37,046 bases of DNA, taken from IMG/VR virus record IMGVR_UViG_3300030397_000824, positions 1-37,046 of that record; one strand, written 5' to 3'. Position 1 is the first letter of the stretch. Each line of letters starts with the position of its first letter. The notes under the pieces are model-generated. The model made no database searches. It was not told the origin of the DNA and was given only the letters and a program-made list of their open reading frames with translations. The translations under genes were made by a program, and so were the position numbers. Source of the DNA: a virus. This document shows, piece after piece, positions 16,638 through 26,032 of this stretch.

Positions 16638-18926
16638 ATGTCACAACAGCAATATTGGCAATTTGAAATTTTCGGCACCGACCCGGACATCATTGGCTTC
16701 TTCGGTGATGCCGGTATTATCCTCCCGGGCGGTACAACCGCTGAACGTCCATCGTCACCCTCTGTAGGACATATTCGTTACAACACCGACCTCGGACAAT
16801 TTGAGGGATTCAACGGTGGTTGGCTTACTTTCGAAACTGGTGCTGCTACCACGTTCGACGCGCTGACTGATACCCCTGCTGGTAAAGCCGGTAGTGCCAA
16901 TCGTGTGATGATTGTTAACTCCGGTGAAACTGCGCTTGAATATTCTTCGGCTCTGACACTGGAAAACGACGGCACGCTTCTTGTCGGAACAGCTTCATAT
17001 GAAACACTCGTTGTTACTGATGACGTAGTTCCAAACAAGCGCTATGTTGATGACCAAGACGCTCTTCAATTGTCATTGTCTGGCGGCTTGATGACCGGCA
17101 CCATTACGATGGGTGGTAATGCGATTTCTGGTCTTCCTCTTACTCCGACTGCTGCAAGCGAAGCGGCTTCGAAAAGTTATGTTGATGGACTGTTTGCTGG
17201 TATTGATCGCAAAGAGTCTGTTCGCCTTGCTACAACCACTGACCTGAACAGCGAAACTGGTGATTCATGGGTACCCGCAGGCTCCGGTGTTGGCAAGACG
17301 ATTACTTCTGATGCAAACACTGCCACCATTGATGGTGTCGCTGTTGTAAACGGTGACCGTATTCTTATCAAGGACGAAGCCGGTGATATTGACAATGGTA
17401 TCTACGACGTGTCTGGCGTTGGTGGTGCTGCTGTTGTTCTTACCCGTTCAACTGACATGGATGGTACTCCTTCGAACGAAGTGAGTGGTGGTACCACGAC
17501 CTTCGTCGTTGAAGGTACAACTAATGCTGCGACACAATGGTCTGTCATTCATGATGGAAGCCTGACTGTAGACACCGATCCAATGGTGTGGACCGTAACC
17601 ACTATTCTTTCCGGAACATTTCTGGAACTGGCTGGTGGTACCATGGTTGGTAACATCACATTCGGTGCTGCTAGCACTCAAATTCTCGGAGACACCACGA
17701 CTACCACAGTTCCCTCATACTCCTTTGTTGGTGATACTGGAACTGGTCTCCACCAAACTTCCGGAGCAGGAACCCTCGCTCTCGTAATCGGTGCAACTTC
17801 CTCGTGGAACTACACTGCAACGGCGCTTACTCCTGCTGTTACCGAAACTCAAGATATTGGTTCGGCTGGCCTGAAGATGCGCGATGTCTACGCAGATCAC
17901 TTTCTGCCTAACTTCGGTGCTGCTGGCGATCCGAGCTACAGCTTCGAAGGCGACTCTGACACCGGTATGTTCAATGGTGGCGGAGATGATTTGGAATTCG
18001 CAATCGGCGGAACTATCGTTGCTTCTTTCACCACATCAGAACTCGACCTTACTGCTCCTGATGGGACTGGTGCTGGTGCCGGTGGCGTTATTGATATCAA
18101 CGCCGGTACTGGTGGCGCAACTGGTGATGGTGGTACCGTGGCAATTACCGCTGGTTCTGGTGGTGGTACTTCCGGTGACGGTGCTGATATTACACTAACC
18201 GGTGGTGGTGCAACTGACGGTAGTGGCGGTAACATCGACTTACTCGCCGGATCAGGTGCAGGAACGAACCAAGCCGGTGGTGGAGTTACCGTTTACGGTG
18301 GTGACAGTACTGGCTCTGCCGATGGTGGACCGGTCGCACTTTCTGGTGGTACTGGCGGAACAACTGCTGCTGGTGGTTACATCAACATTACTGCTGGTGA
18401 TGGTGGTGCTACCTCTGGTGACGGTGGATCGGTTACTATTACCGGTGGTGATGTAAGCAGCGCGTCCGGAGATAACGGTGGTTCAGTTACATTGGTTGCT
18501 GGACAAGGTTCTACCTCTGACGAGGATGGAACAATTGTATTCTCCACACAACGTTCGAGCGAGATTGAAGTTTTCTATGGTTACTCTGAGACAGGTGTAA
18601 CCGGCGCAGCAACCACCCTCATGACTATCCCTATCCCATCTGACGATAGTGCTATTTTCGAAGTCTTTGGAATTGCGCGGAGCGATAGTGCAACTGCTGG
18701 TTTCCGAATCTTTGGTGTTGTAGAGGAAGATGGTGGAGCTACGATTGCTGGTTCGACCGCAACTGATACATCAAACTCTGGAGGCGACTCGGCAGATTGG
18801 AACCTAACGGTTGATGTTAGTGGTTCTAACCTGATAGTTGTTACCGACAACGACGCTGAAGACGTTGATTGGAAACTCAAAGTCCGACTGACAAGTATCA
18901 ACCTTCCATTTGGTGGCGGATCATAA
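16638..18926 (+). CDS. Tail-fibre-like protein with Gly-rich repeats
   Basis: GTTAERP..P..GHIRYNTD, FDALTDTP, AASKSYVD, KESVRLATT...GDRILIKDE...NGIY fibre motifs, then GGxVxITAG repeats. Confidence 0.8.
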   Translation: MSQQQYWQFEIFGTDPDIIGFFGDAGIILPGGTTAERPSSPSVGHIRYNTDLGQFEGFNGGWLTFETGAATTFDALTDTPAGKAGSANRVMIVNSGETALEYSSALTLENDGTLLVGTASYETLVVTDDVVPNKRYVDDQDALQLSLSGGLMTGTITMGGNAISGLPLTPTAASEAASKSYVDGLFAGIDRKESVRLATTTDLNSETGDSWVPAGSGVGKTITSDANTATIDGVAVVNGDRILIKDEAGDIDNGIYDVSGVGGAAVVLTRSTDMDGTPSNEVSGGTTTFVVEGTTNAATQWSVIHDGSLTVDTDPMVWTVTTILSGTFLELAGGTMVGNITFGAASTQILGDTTTTTVPSYSFVGDTGTGLHQTSGAGTLALVIGATSSWNYTATALTPAVTETQDIGSAGLKMRDVYADHFLPNFGAAGDPSYSFEGDSDTGMFNGGGDDLEFAIGGTIVASFTTSELDLTAPDGTGAGAGGVIDINAGTGGATGDGGTVAITAGSGGGTSGDGADITLTGGGATDGSGGNIDLLAGSGAGTNQAGGGVTVYGGDSTGSADGGPVALSGGTGGTTAAGGYINITAGDGGATSGDGGSVTITGGDVSSASGDNGGSVTLVAGQGSTSDEDGTIVFSTQRSSEIEVFYGYSETGVTGAATTLMTIPIPSDDSAIFEVFGIARSDSATAGFRIFGVVEEDGGATIAGSTATDTSNSGGDSADWNLTVDVSGSNLIVVTDNDAEDVDWKLKVRLTSINLPFGGGS

Positions 18927-18945
18927 TAATTAAAGAGAACTAAAC

Positions 18946-21102
18946 ATGGCTGATATAAGAAAAAATCTAGGCGAAGATTCGATTACTCTTCCATCGACTT
19001 CGGCTCCATCTGATACCACCAACAAACTGTATAATGACGGTGGTACGATTACGTTTGACGGTGCAGCGTTGGGTAGCGGTAGTGGCGACGTAACTAAAGT
19101 TGGTACCCCAGTGGATAACCAAGTTGGTGTCTGGACTGGTGATGGAACTATTGAAGGTACGGCGGACTTCCAATGGGATACCGCAAGTGACACACTTACG
19201 ATTGGTGATGGTACGGTAGTTACTCCGGGAATCACGATGAATGGTTCTGCGACTGGTATACCCGTCATCCGATTCCAACAACTTGGTTCAAATCAAGTAA
19301 TCGTTCAATATGTTGATGGTTTCTCTGAATTTCGTATTAATACTACTGGTGCCGATGATATTTCATTTTGGACGAATGGTACTGAACAAGTTTATATTAG
19401 TGGTGCTGCCGCTAACGAAGGTAACCTGAATCTGGTTACTGGTGATCTTCAATTTTCAGAAAGATCGGACCATAATGTATCTGCTCCAGCCGCCAGCCAA
19501 GGTTACTTGTGGGTTCGCGATGATACCCCAAATGTTTTGGTATTCACTGACGACACTGGTACTGATACTGTTCTCGGGGCCGGTGGTGGCGGTGGTGGTG
19601 ATGAAATATCCGATGTTGATGGTGATACTCGAATTCGTGTTGAAGCTGCTGCTGACGAAGACATCATTCGATTCGATACGGGTGATTCCATTGCTGGATT
19701 TCCGGCACAAGCGAATACCGCAATTTTGTCATCCGCACAGTTTACTATTGGCCTCCCTGCTGCAACAGGTGCTACAACCGGTGGACCAGTTAGTTTAACT
19801 GGTGGTACTGGTGGACCAACTGGTGATGGTGGTAATGCTACACTTGCTGCTGGTTCCGGTGGTGCAACTTCCGGTAATGGTGGTGACGTATCAATAACAT
19901 CTGGTGCTGGCCCAACGTCTGGCACCGGTGGTGACATTTCTCTTACTGCTGGTGCTGGTAATTCTGGTGACGGAGGTGCGGTAAACATCACAGCCGGTGC
20001 TTCTAGTTATACTGGTGGTGATTCATTCGGTGGTGCTATTTCTCTCGTAGCAGGAAACTCTGCTGCGGGCGCTGATAATGCATACGGTGGTGCTATTAAC
20101 CTTACTGGTGGTAGTGCAACTGGTACTTCCGGCGATGGTGGTACGATTGCTCTTACCGCTGGTGCTGGTGGTTATTCCCCGGGTCAGGTTACCATTACTG
20201 GTGGTGCTGTTGGAACCGGACAGGGTGATGCAGGAGATGTTGTCATAACTGGTGGTACTGGTGATGGTAACAACTATTACGGTGGTGATATAACCATTAC
20301 TGGTGGTGCTAATGATTATGCTGCGGCAACTGCTTATGGTGGTAGCGTTAATATCTATAGTGGTGGCGCGGGGACTGGCTATGCTGGTAGCGTTTACATT
20401 GTCGGTGGCGTCGGTGGTGATACCAGTGGTAGTGTTTACATCACGGGTGGTAGCGGTTCCGGTGGTGGTGTTCCGGGCTCTGTGAATCTAACTGGTGGTG
20501 GTAGTAGTGGTAGTGCGAACGATGCTGGAGACGTTATCATCAATGGTGGTATAGCTACTGGTGCAAACCGTGGTGGTGATGCGTCCATTAACGGTGGTGA
20601 CGGTGGACCAACCGGTGGACAAGGTGGTTCGGCAACAATGATCGCTGGTGATGGCGGTTCTACTTCCGGAGATGGACAAGGTGGTCTTGTTCAATTGCGT
20701 GCTGGTGATGGTGGTCCTACCAACGGTGCTGGTGGTGATATTACTCTTACTCCGGGTGCTGGTTCTGGAACCGGTACCGATGGCGCGGTAATTATTTCAC
20801 AATCTAGTGCTGCACCAACGACTCCGGCCAACAAATTCTATAACCTAACTGGTGATATCTACTGGGGTGGAAATCTTTTATCCACCATCCATTCAGAATC
20901 TTTCGTTAATGGTGATCTGGCTGGCGGGGTTCTAACCGTTACCCATAGCTTGGGTCGTCAGTACGTTCATGTGAGCGTCTATGATAATAATAACGAATTG
21001 ATCCAGCCAGATACAGTAACGGCGACTTCCACATCCGCAACGGCGATTGATCTAACTTCCTTTGGTACGCTGACGGGCACTTGGAATGTTGTAATTTCGT
21101 AA
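18946..21102 (+). CDS. Gly-rich modular fibre protein
   Basis: Shared modules (KLYN.GG, GDVTKVGTPV, ERSDH/LWVR.DTPN, DGDT.I.VE.AADED), about 20 Gly-rich repeats, C-terminal THSLG..V.VSVYD domain. Confidence 0.8.
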   Translation: MADIRKNLGEDSITLPSTSAPSDTTNKLYNDGGTITFDGAALGSGSGDVTKVGTPVDNQVGVWTGDGTIEGTADFQWDTASDTLTIGDGTVVTPGITMNGSATGIPVIRFQQLGSNQVIVQYVDGFSEFRINTTGADDISFWTNGTEQVYISGAAANEGNLNLVTGDLQFSERSDHNVSAPAASQGYLWVRDDTPNVLVFTDDTGTDTVLGAGGGGGGDEISDVDGDTRIRVEAAADEDIIRFDTGDSIAGFPAQANTAILSSAQFTIGLPAATGATTGGPVSLTGGTGGPTGDGGNATLAAGSGGATSGNGGDVSITSGAGPTSGTGGDISLTAGAGNSGDGGAVNITAGASSYTGGDSFGGAISLVAGNSAAGADNAYGGAINLTGGSATGTSGDGGTIALTAGAGGYSPGQVTITGGAVGTGQGDAGDVVITGGTGDGNNYYGGDITITGGANDYAAATAYGGSVNIYSGGAGTGYAGSVYIVGGVGGDTSGSVYITGGSGSGGGVPGSVNLTGGGSSGSANDAGDVIINGGIATGANRGGDASINGGDGGPTGGQGGSATMIAGDGGSTSGDGQGGLVQLRAGDGGPTNGAGGDITLTPGAGSGTGTDGAVIISQSSAAPTTPANKFYNLTGDIYWGGNLLSTIHSESFVNGDLAGGVLTVTHSLGRQYVHVSVYDNNNELIQPDTVTATSTSATAIDLTSFGTLTGTWNVVIS

Positions 21103-21114
21103 GAGAAAAATAAT

Positions 21115-21312
21115 ATGAAACTGAGAGTAAGCATACGCAAAGCGCTGAAGCAATATGTCACTGACAATGGTCCTTGTTCTTCTGAAGAAGCTGTTGTTAG
21201 TTGTACCATGACTGGAAAGCCGGAGCGCCGGGTTCGTCGGATTTTGGGCATGATGATTCGTGCCGGTAAAATCGTCGAAACAGGAAACGGGGATCAAATC
21301 CGTATTCCATAA
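21115..21312 (+). CDS. Small basic protein, winged-helix-like pattern
   Basis: 65 aa filling the gap between two fibre genes; helix-helix-helix (ERRVRRILGMMIRAGKI) plus beta-hairpin pattern. Confidence 0.55.
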   Translation: MKLRVSIRKALKQYVTDNGPCSSEEAVVSCTMTGKPERRVRRILGMMIRAGKIVETGNGDQIRIP

Positions 21313-21332
21313 AATAACAAGGCAAAAGAATT

Positions 21333-23489
21333 ATGGCAAAGCGTACAGGTGATATTGAATTAATTGGTGCCGTGACCGCGCCTGATGGTGCAGCGGCAAC
21401 TAATGTTGGTGAAGATATTTCTTTCACCGCTGGTACTGGTAATACTACCGGTGCCGGTGGCGCTATCACGATCACTGGAGGTGTTGGTGGAAACGCGGCT
21501 GACGGTGGTGATATCACAATTACTGGTGGTGGTGCAAACGCTAACGGTGGTGAGCCCCCAATTTTTGGTGGTGACATTAATATCACTGGTGGTGCAAATG
21601 TTTATGCCGGTGAATATGCTTATGGTGGTGCAGTAAACATTACCGGTGGTAACGGTGGCGGAACCGGTGGTGATGTCAACATTACCGGTGGTATTTCTAC
21701 TAGTACATACGATTCCGGTTCCGTTCGTATTACTGGTGGTGAAGGTGGTAACTTTTCCGGTGAAGTAGAAATACGCGGTGGTGATGGTGCTGCGAGTCGA
21801 GAGCCGGGGGGCATTCAAATATACAGTGGTCGAACTGGTATTGGTGGTTCTTTTGACGCTGGTACTGTAGGGATTTATGGTGGTGTGGGTTACGAGGGGT
21901 ATGCCGGTGGTAATGTCAGTATTTTAGGCGGTTCTGGTAATGGAGCCGGTGGTGCTGGTGACGGTGGCTACGCTCGAATTGCCGGGGGTAATAGTGGAAC
22001 AACCGCCGACGGTGGTCAAGTTCAAATTACAGGTGGTAATGGCGGTGCAACATCAGGTGATGCTGGCGACATTGTTATAACACCGGGTACCGCAGCGGGC
22101 TCTGGCTCTGATGGTGCTATTGTAATTTCTCAAACTGCTGCTCCCACTGTAACGACAGACAAACTTTATAACGTTGGTGGTACTCTTACTTGGAACGGTA
22201 CCGACATTTCGACTGCTGGTGGTGATGTCACCAAAGTTGGTACACCTGTCAATAATGAACTTGCTGTTTGGACAGGCGACGGGACTCTCGAAGGTGAGTC
22301 AGAACTTACATTTGTTGGTGGTGCGTTAACTGTCGGCATAACGGCTGGTGGTGAATTACGTTCTGGTACCGGTCAAATTCTATCTATCACCCCGGGATCA
22401 GGTGGTGTTGGAATGAACATCAATGGTTCCTTCAACGCAGCCGGAACAGGTGGTCTTACAACTGTTTCTGGTGGTACCTCTGGAAACGCAGATGGTGGTA
22501 ACCTTGTCCTGCAAGGTGGTGCTCCTGCTGCTTCCGGTGATGGCGGTGATGTGACCATCAACGGTCGTGATGGTGGTGCTACTTCTGGTGATGGTGGTAG
22601 TGTCTTAATCACTTCCGGTACTGGTTCTGATCAGGGCGATGGTGGTAATATCACTCTGACCCCGGGTTCCGGTGCTGGTGCTGGTACCGATGGTATCGTA
22701 AATTTTGTCGGCCAAACAAGCGCATTGGATGTTTCCGGTGATATTACCCTTAACGATTCTGGTTTTGGTGGAGTTATTTCTAACCCGACTGATCGCATAT
22801 TTAATTTCCAATCTGGTGATGCCGCAGAATCGGCAATGCGTTTTCAAAGTAGTGGTGCTGTAACATTCGGTCACATCTACGGAAACGCTTCAGACTTTGG
22901 TATCTACGATGATTCTCTTGTTGCAGCGGTTACTGTCTCTAGCAGTGGTAGTGTCACTATCCGTGACAGCGGTACTGGTCGAATTGCAACAGACGGTCAA
23001 GGAATCAACGTTACCGGTGAAATGGATATTACCAGTCATGTTAATTTAGGTGCGCTATCTGACCTCGTTTTCACTGAAAAAGCTGATCATACGTCAACTC
23101 CTACAGCGGGGTTTGGTTACCTATGGACCCGTAATGATTCTCCCAACACTCTGATATTCACAGACGATGCTGGAACAGATCATGACCTAACTGCTGCTGG
23201 TGGTGGAAACAATCTCTCAGTAACAACAGTAACGGGAACATCATTCACGGCGGCTGCATGGGATGCAGTAATGGTCGATGATGACACCGCAGGGTCCACG
23301 GTAACTATTACGCTTCCGGCTGGTTCTACTGACGATCAAATCGTTGTCAAGAAGTTGGGTACAACTGCTAACGTAATTGTTGATGGAGATGCTTCTGAAA
23401 CGATTGACGGTGCTACTACTTTTACTCTTACTGCACAATACGCTTCCGTATCTTTGATTTGGAACGGATCAGAATGGAGCATAATCTAA
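21333..23489 (+). CDS. Gly-rich modular fibre protein with a C-terminal adaptor-like domain
   Basis: N-terminus MAKRTGDIELIG; shared modules; C-terminus TITLPA...IVVKK...ETIDG...SVSLIWNGSEWSII. Confidence 0.8.
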   Translation: MAKRTGDIELIGAVTAPDGAAATNVGEDISFTAGTGNTTGAGGAITITGGVGGNAADGGDITITGGGANANGGEPPIFGGDINITGGANVYAGEYAYGGAVNITGGNGGGTGGDVNITGGISTSTYDSGSVRITGGEGGNFSGEVEIRGGDGAASREPGGIQIYSGRTGIGGSFDAGTVGIYGGVGYEGYAGGNVSILGGSGNGAGGAGDGGYARIAGGNSGTTADGGQVQITGGNGGATSGDAGDIVITPGTAAGSGSDGAIVISQTAAPTVTTDKLYNVGGTLTWNGTDISTAGGDVTKVGTPVNNELAVWTGDGTLEGESELTFVGGALTVGITAGGELRSGTGQILSITPGSGGVGMNINGSFNAAGTGGLTTVSGGTSGNADGGNLVLQGGAPAASGDGGDVTINGRDGGATSGDGGSVLITSGTGSDQGDGGNITLTPGSGAGAGTDGIVNFVGQTSALDVSGDITLNDSGFGGVISNPTDRIFNFQSGDAAESAMRFQSSGAVTFGHIYGNASDFGIYDDSLVAAVTVSSSGSVTIRDSGTGRIATDGQGINVTGEMDITSHVNLGALSDLVFTEKADHTSTPTAGFGYLWTRNDSPNTLIFTDDAGTDHDLTAAGGGNNLSVTTVTGTSFTAAAWDAVMVDDDTAGSTVTITLPAGSTDDQIVVKKLGTTANVIVDGDASETIDGATTFTLTAQYASVSLIWNGSEWSII

Positions 23490-23936
23490 ATGTCATATCT
23501 ACTACCCCAGAATGCTGGATCAGTTCAAACAACAGGTACATTTACACCAGCACTTACCCCCACTACTTCCGGAAGCATAACACTTGGTGATGATACCCTA
23601 AGTTACATCAAAACGGGACTTCATGTTCATATCGAAGGTTTTATCGATGTGGGCTCCACAAGCAGTCCGGTCGGCAATCTAACGCTAACTGGTCTTCCGT
23701 TTACATCTGAAGCAAGTGCCGTATCGTCTGAACACCTGAATGGGTTTCCAATCGTATCAGAACAATGGAGTTCCGCACCAGCAAACCTATTGATAGGACG
23801 GATTGGTGGTGGAAGCACAACAATTATTTTCTTGGATGGGGCGAACGGGACGGGTGGTACTAGCGCTGTATCGGCGGGTGACGTTCAATCATCAACGGGT
23901 TTTTACTTTAATTTCTCGTATACAGCGAACGCATAA
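23490..23936 (+). CDS. Fibre tip / receptor-binding-like domain protein
   Basis: GTFTPAL...YIKTG..VHIEG.I...LTLTGLPF pattern of phage fibre C-terminal beta domains. Confidence 0.65.
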   Translation: MSYLLPQNAGSVQTTGTFTPALTPTTSGSITLGDDTLSYIKTGLHVHIEGFIDVGSTSSPVGNLTLTGLPFTSEASAVSSEHLNGFPIVSEQWSSAPANLLIGRIGGGSTTIIFLDGANGTGGTSAVSAGDVQSSTGFYFNFSYTANA

Positions 23937-23962
23937 ATTAACATCATAGGTGTGGAAAACAA

Positions 23963-26005
23963 GTGGCCAAACGAACCGGTGGAATTGAATTAGTTGGTGG
24001 AATTATCTCTGCATCAGGTGCAGCTATTGGTGATCCCGGCGACAATATTAATATCACTGCGGGAGCGGGCAACGCGACATCAGGTGATGGTGGTTCCGTA
24101 AATCTAACAGCGGGTGCTGCTGTCGGTGCCGCTTCAAACCATGATGGTGGTGATGTTGTTCTTACCCCGGGTGCCGGAGTTGGTTCCGGTTCCGTTGGTG
24201 GTGTTGTTATAACGCCCGTTGGAACACCTACAGACACAACCAATAAACTCTATAATGATGGCGGTGCCCTTACGTGGAACGGGACTGATATTTCCACAGG
24301 CGGAAGCGGTGATGTCACAAAGGTCGGAACCCCAGTAGATAACCAAGTTGGTATCTGGACCGGTGACGGTACACTCGAAGGCGATGCCATTTTCACACTG
24401 AACAATTCCGCACCAACCGCAACGCTCACGTTTGGTGATGGTTCGACCATCGTAAGCCCAAATATCACCATGAATGGTACTGCCGCTGGCAGTCCTATTA
24501 TCAATTTTCAGCAGGGTGGTGTACAGCGCGGTTCTGTTGGGTTCTTTGATAATATCGGTGGCTCGGCGGATACTGTCAGAATCACTTCTCAGTCTGGTCC
24601 CGTTCAACTTGCGCCCACCAACTCGTTAACACTTACCGCAACCAACGGTGAGGGTATTGAACTGTTTGATGGCGGGATAGTATTCAACGAGCGTGCTGAT
24701 CATGCTACTACCCCCGTTGCGGCCAAGGGTGAATTGTGGGTTCGCAACGACACTCCTAATACTCTCGTGTACACGGATGACACGGGTACCGACTTTGACC
24801 TTCTAGCGGCTGGTGGTGATGTAACCAAAGTCGGTACTCCAGTTGATAATCAAATTGGTGTGTGGACCGGTGATGGAACCATTGAGGGGGATACTAATTT
24901 CCAATGGAACGGTAGCGTTCTATCCATTGGCGCAAGCGGGTGGCAACTAAGTGGGTTAAACACCACTACTTTCACATTCACTGGAGGAGCCGCTGGAACT
25001 GTTCAATTATTGATTGAGAATTCTGCCAATACTGATCTTGGTTCGATAATCGCACGGACTACCGGTTCTGGACAAATTGGTTTCACTGATGCCGGTGGTG
25101 GTAATACGTACATCGCAGAAAATGATGGTGACCATATTTGGTCTACAGATGGTGCTACCGAGATAATGCGGCTTAATAGAATTGCCGCTGGTGATGGTGT
25201 CCTTGAGTTAACTGGTAGTTTGGCTATCGACGAGCGCTCCGACCATGCCTTGACACCGACAGCCGGAATCGGTGAAATTTGGGTCCGTAATGATTCTCCG
25301 AATTCTCTGATGTTCACAGATGATGCTGGTACAGATTTTGTATTGAATAGTACTTCGGCAGGCGGTTCAGATACCCAACTACAATACAATAACGGTGGAG
25401 TTCTGGGAGGAATAGCTGGTACAGTATGGGACGATATTAACGGTGATCTTCGTTTCAACTCAACATTCACCGGACCATTCTTTTTCATCAACGGTAACAC
25501 AGTTAACGGTTCTGATTTCGTAGCCAACATTGGATCGAACAACAATTCACTGAGTGGCGAAATTCTGGGAATTGATTACTCGGGCACAAACAGCGCGGAC
25601 ACGCTGCGTATTAATAATACTGGTACCGGTAGAAACCTTGTTGTTCAGGATAATGGTTCCACGGTCATGTCCATTGCGGCGACTGGATACATCGATGATT
25701 ATCCCGGTTCTCCTGCCGATGGTGAGGTTCTTACGTGGAACACTTCAAATGGTAGAGCCGAATTTACTGCCGCCAGTGGTGCTTCGAAGTTTGCTCAAGA
25801 CAACACCACAACCGCAACATCAGAAGTATTCAACCATGCTTTGGGTTCCCTTGATGTCATCGTTCAGGTTTTTGATTTAACAGTATCTCCCCGTGAACAA
25901 TTTGTACCAACCACAGTGGAAATAACTGACGCCAATAATGTAACGATTACGGTTCCGACTGCGCCGGGTGCTGCTGGTGAATATCGTGTCGTTGTGATGG
26001 CGTAA
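23963..26005 (+). CDS. Modular fibre protein
   Basis: GTG start; MAKRTGGIELVG N-terminus; two GDVTKVGTPV and two ER.DH modules; GSDTQLQYNNGG; C-terminal NHALG..DV.VQVFD domain. Confidence 0.8.
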   Translation: MAKRTGGIELVGGIISASGAAIGDPGDNINITAGAGNATSGDGGSVNLTAGAAVGAASNHDGGDVVLTPGAGVGSGSVGGVVITPVGTPTDTTNKLYNDGGALTWNGTDISTGGSGDVTKVGTPVDNQVGIWTGDGTLEGDAIFTLNNSAPTATLTFGDGSTIVSPNITMNGTAAGSPIINFQQGGVQRGSVGFFDNIGGSADTVRITSQSGPVQLAPTNSLTLTATNGEGIELFDGGIVFNERADHATTPVAAKGELWVRNDTPNTLVYTDDTGTDFDLLAAGGDVTKVGTPVDNQIGVWTGDGTIEGDTNFQWNGSVLSIGASGWQLSGLNTTTFTFTGGAAGTVQLLIENSANTDLGSIIARTTGSGQIGFTDAGGGNTYIAENDGDHIWSTDGATEIMRLNRIAAGDGVLELTGSLAIDERSDHALTPTAGIGEIWVRNDSPNSLMFTDDAGTDFVLNSTSAGGSDTQLQYNNGGVLGGIAGTVWDDINGDLRFNSTFTGPFFFINGNTVNGSDFVANIGSNNNSLSGEILGIDYSGTNSADTLRINNTGTGRNLVVQDNGSTVMSIAATGYIDDYPGSPADGEVLTWNTSNGRAEFTAASGASKFAQDNTTTATSEVFNHALGSLDVIVQVFDLTVSPREQFVPTTVEITDANNVTITVPTAPGAAGEYRVVVMA

Positions 26006-26008
26006 ATA
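26003..26008 (+). promoter_or_regulatory. Late-promoter-like TAAATA overlapping a stop codon
   Basis: GCGTAAATATAAG about 25 nt upstream of 26033. Confidence 0.45.
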
Positions 26009-26032
26009 TAAGAATAATTTGAGGCAAGAATA

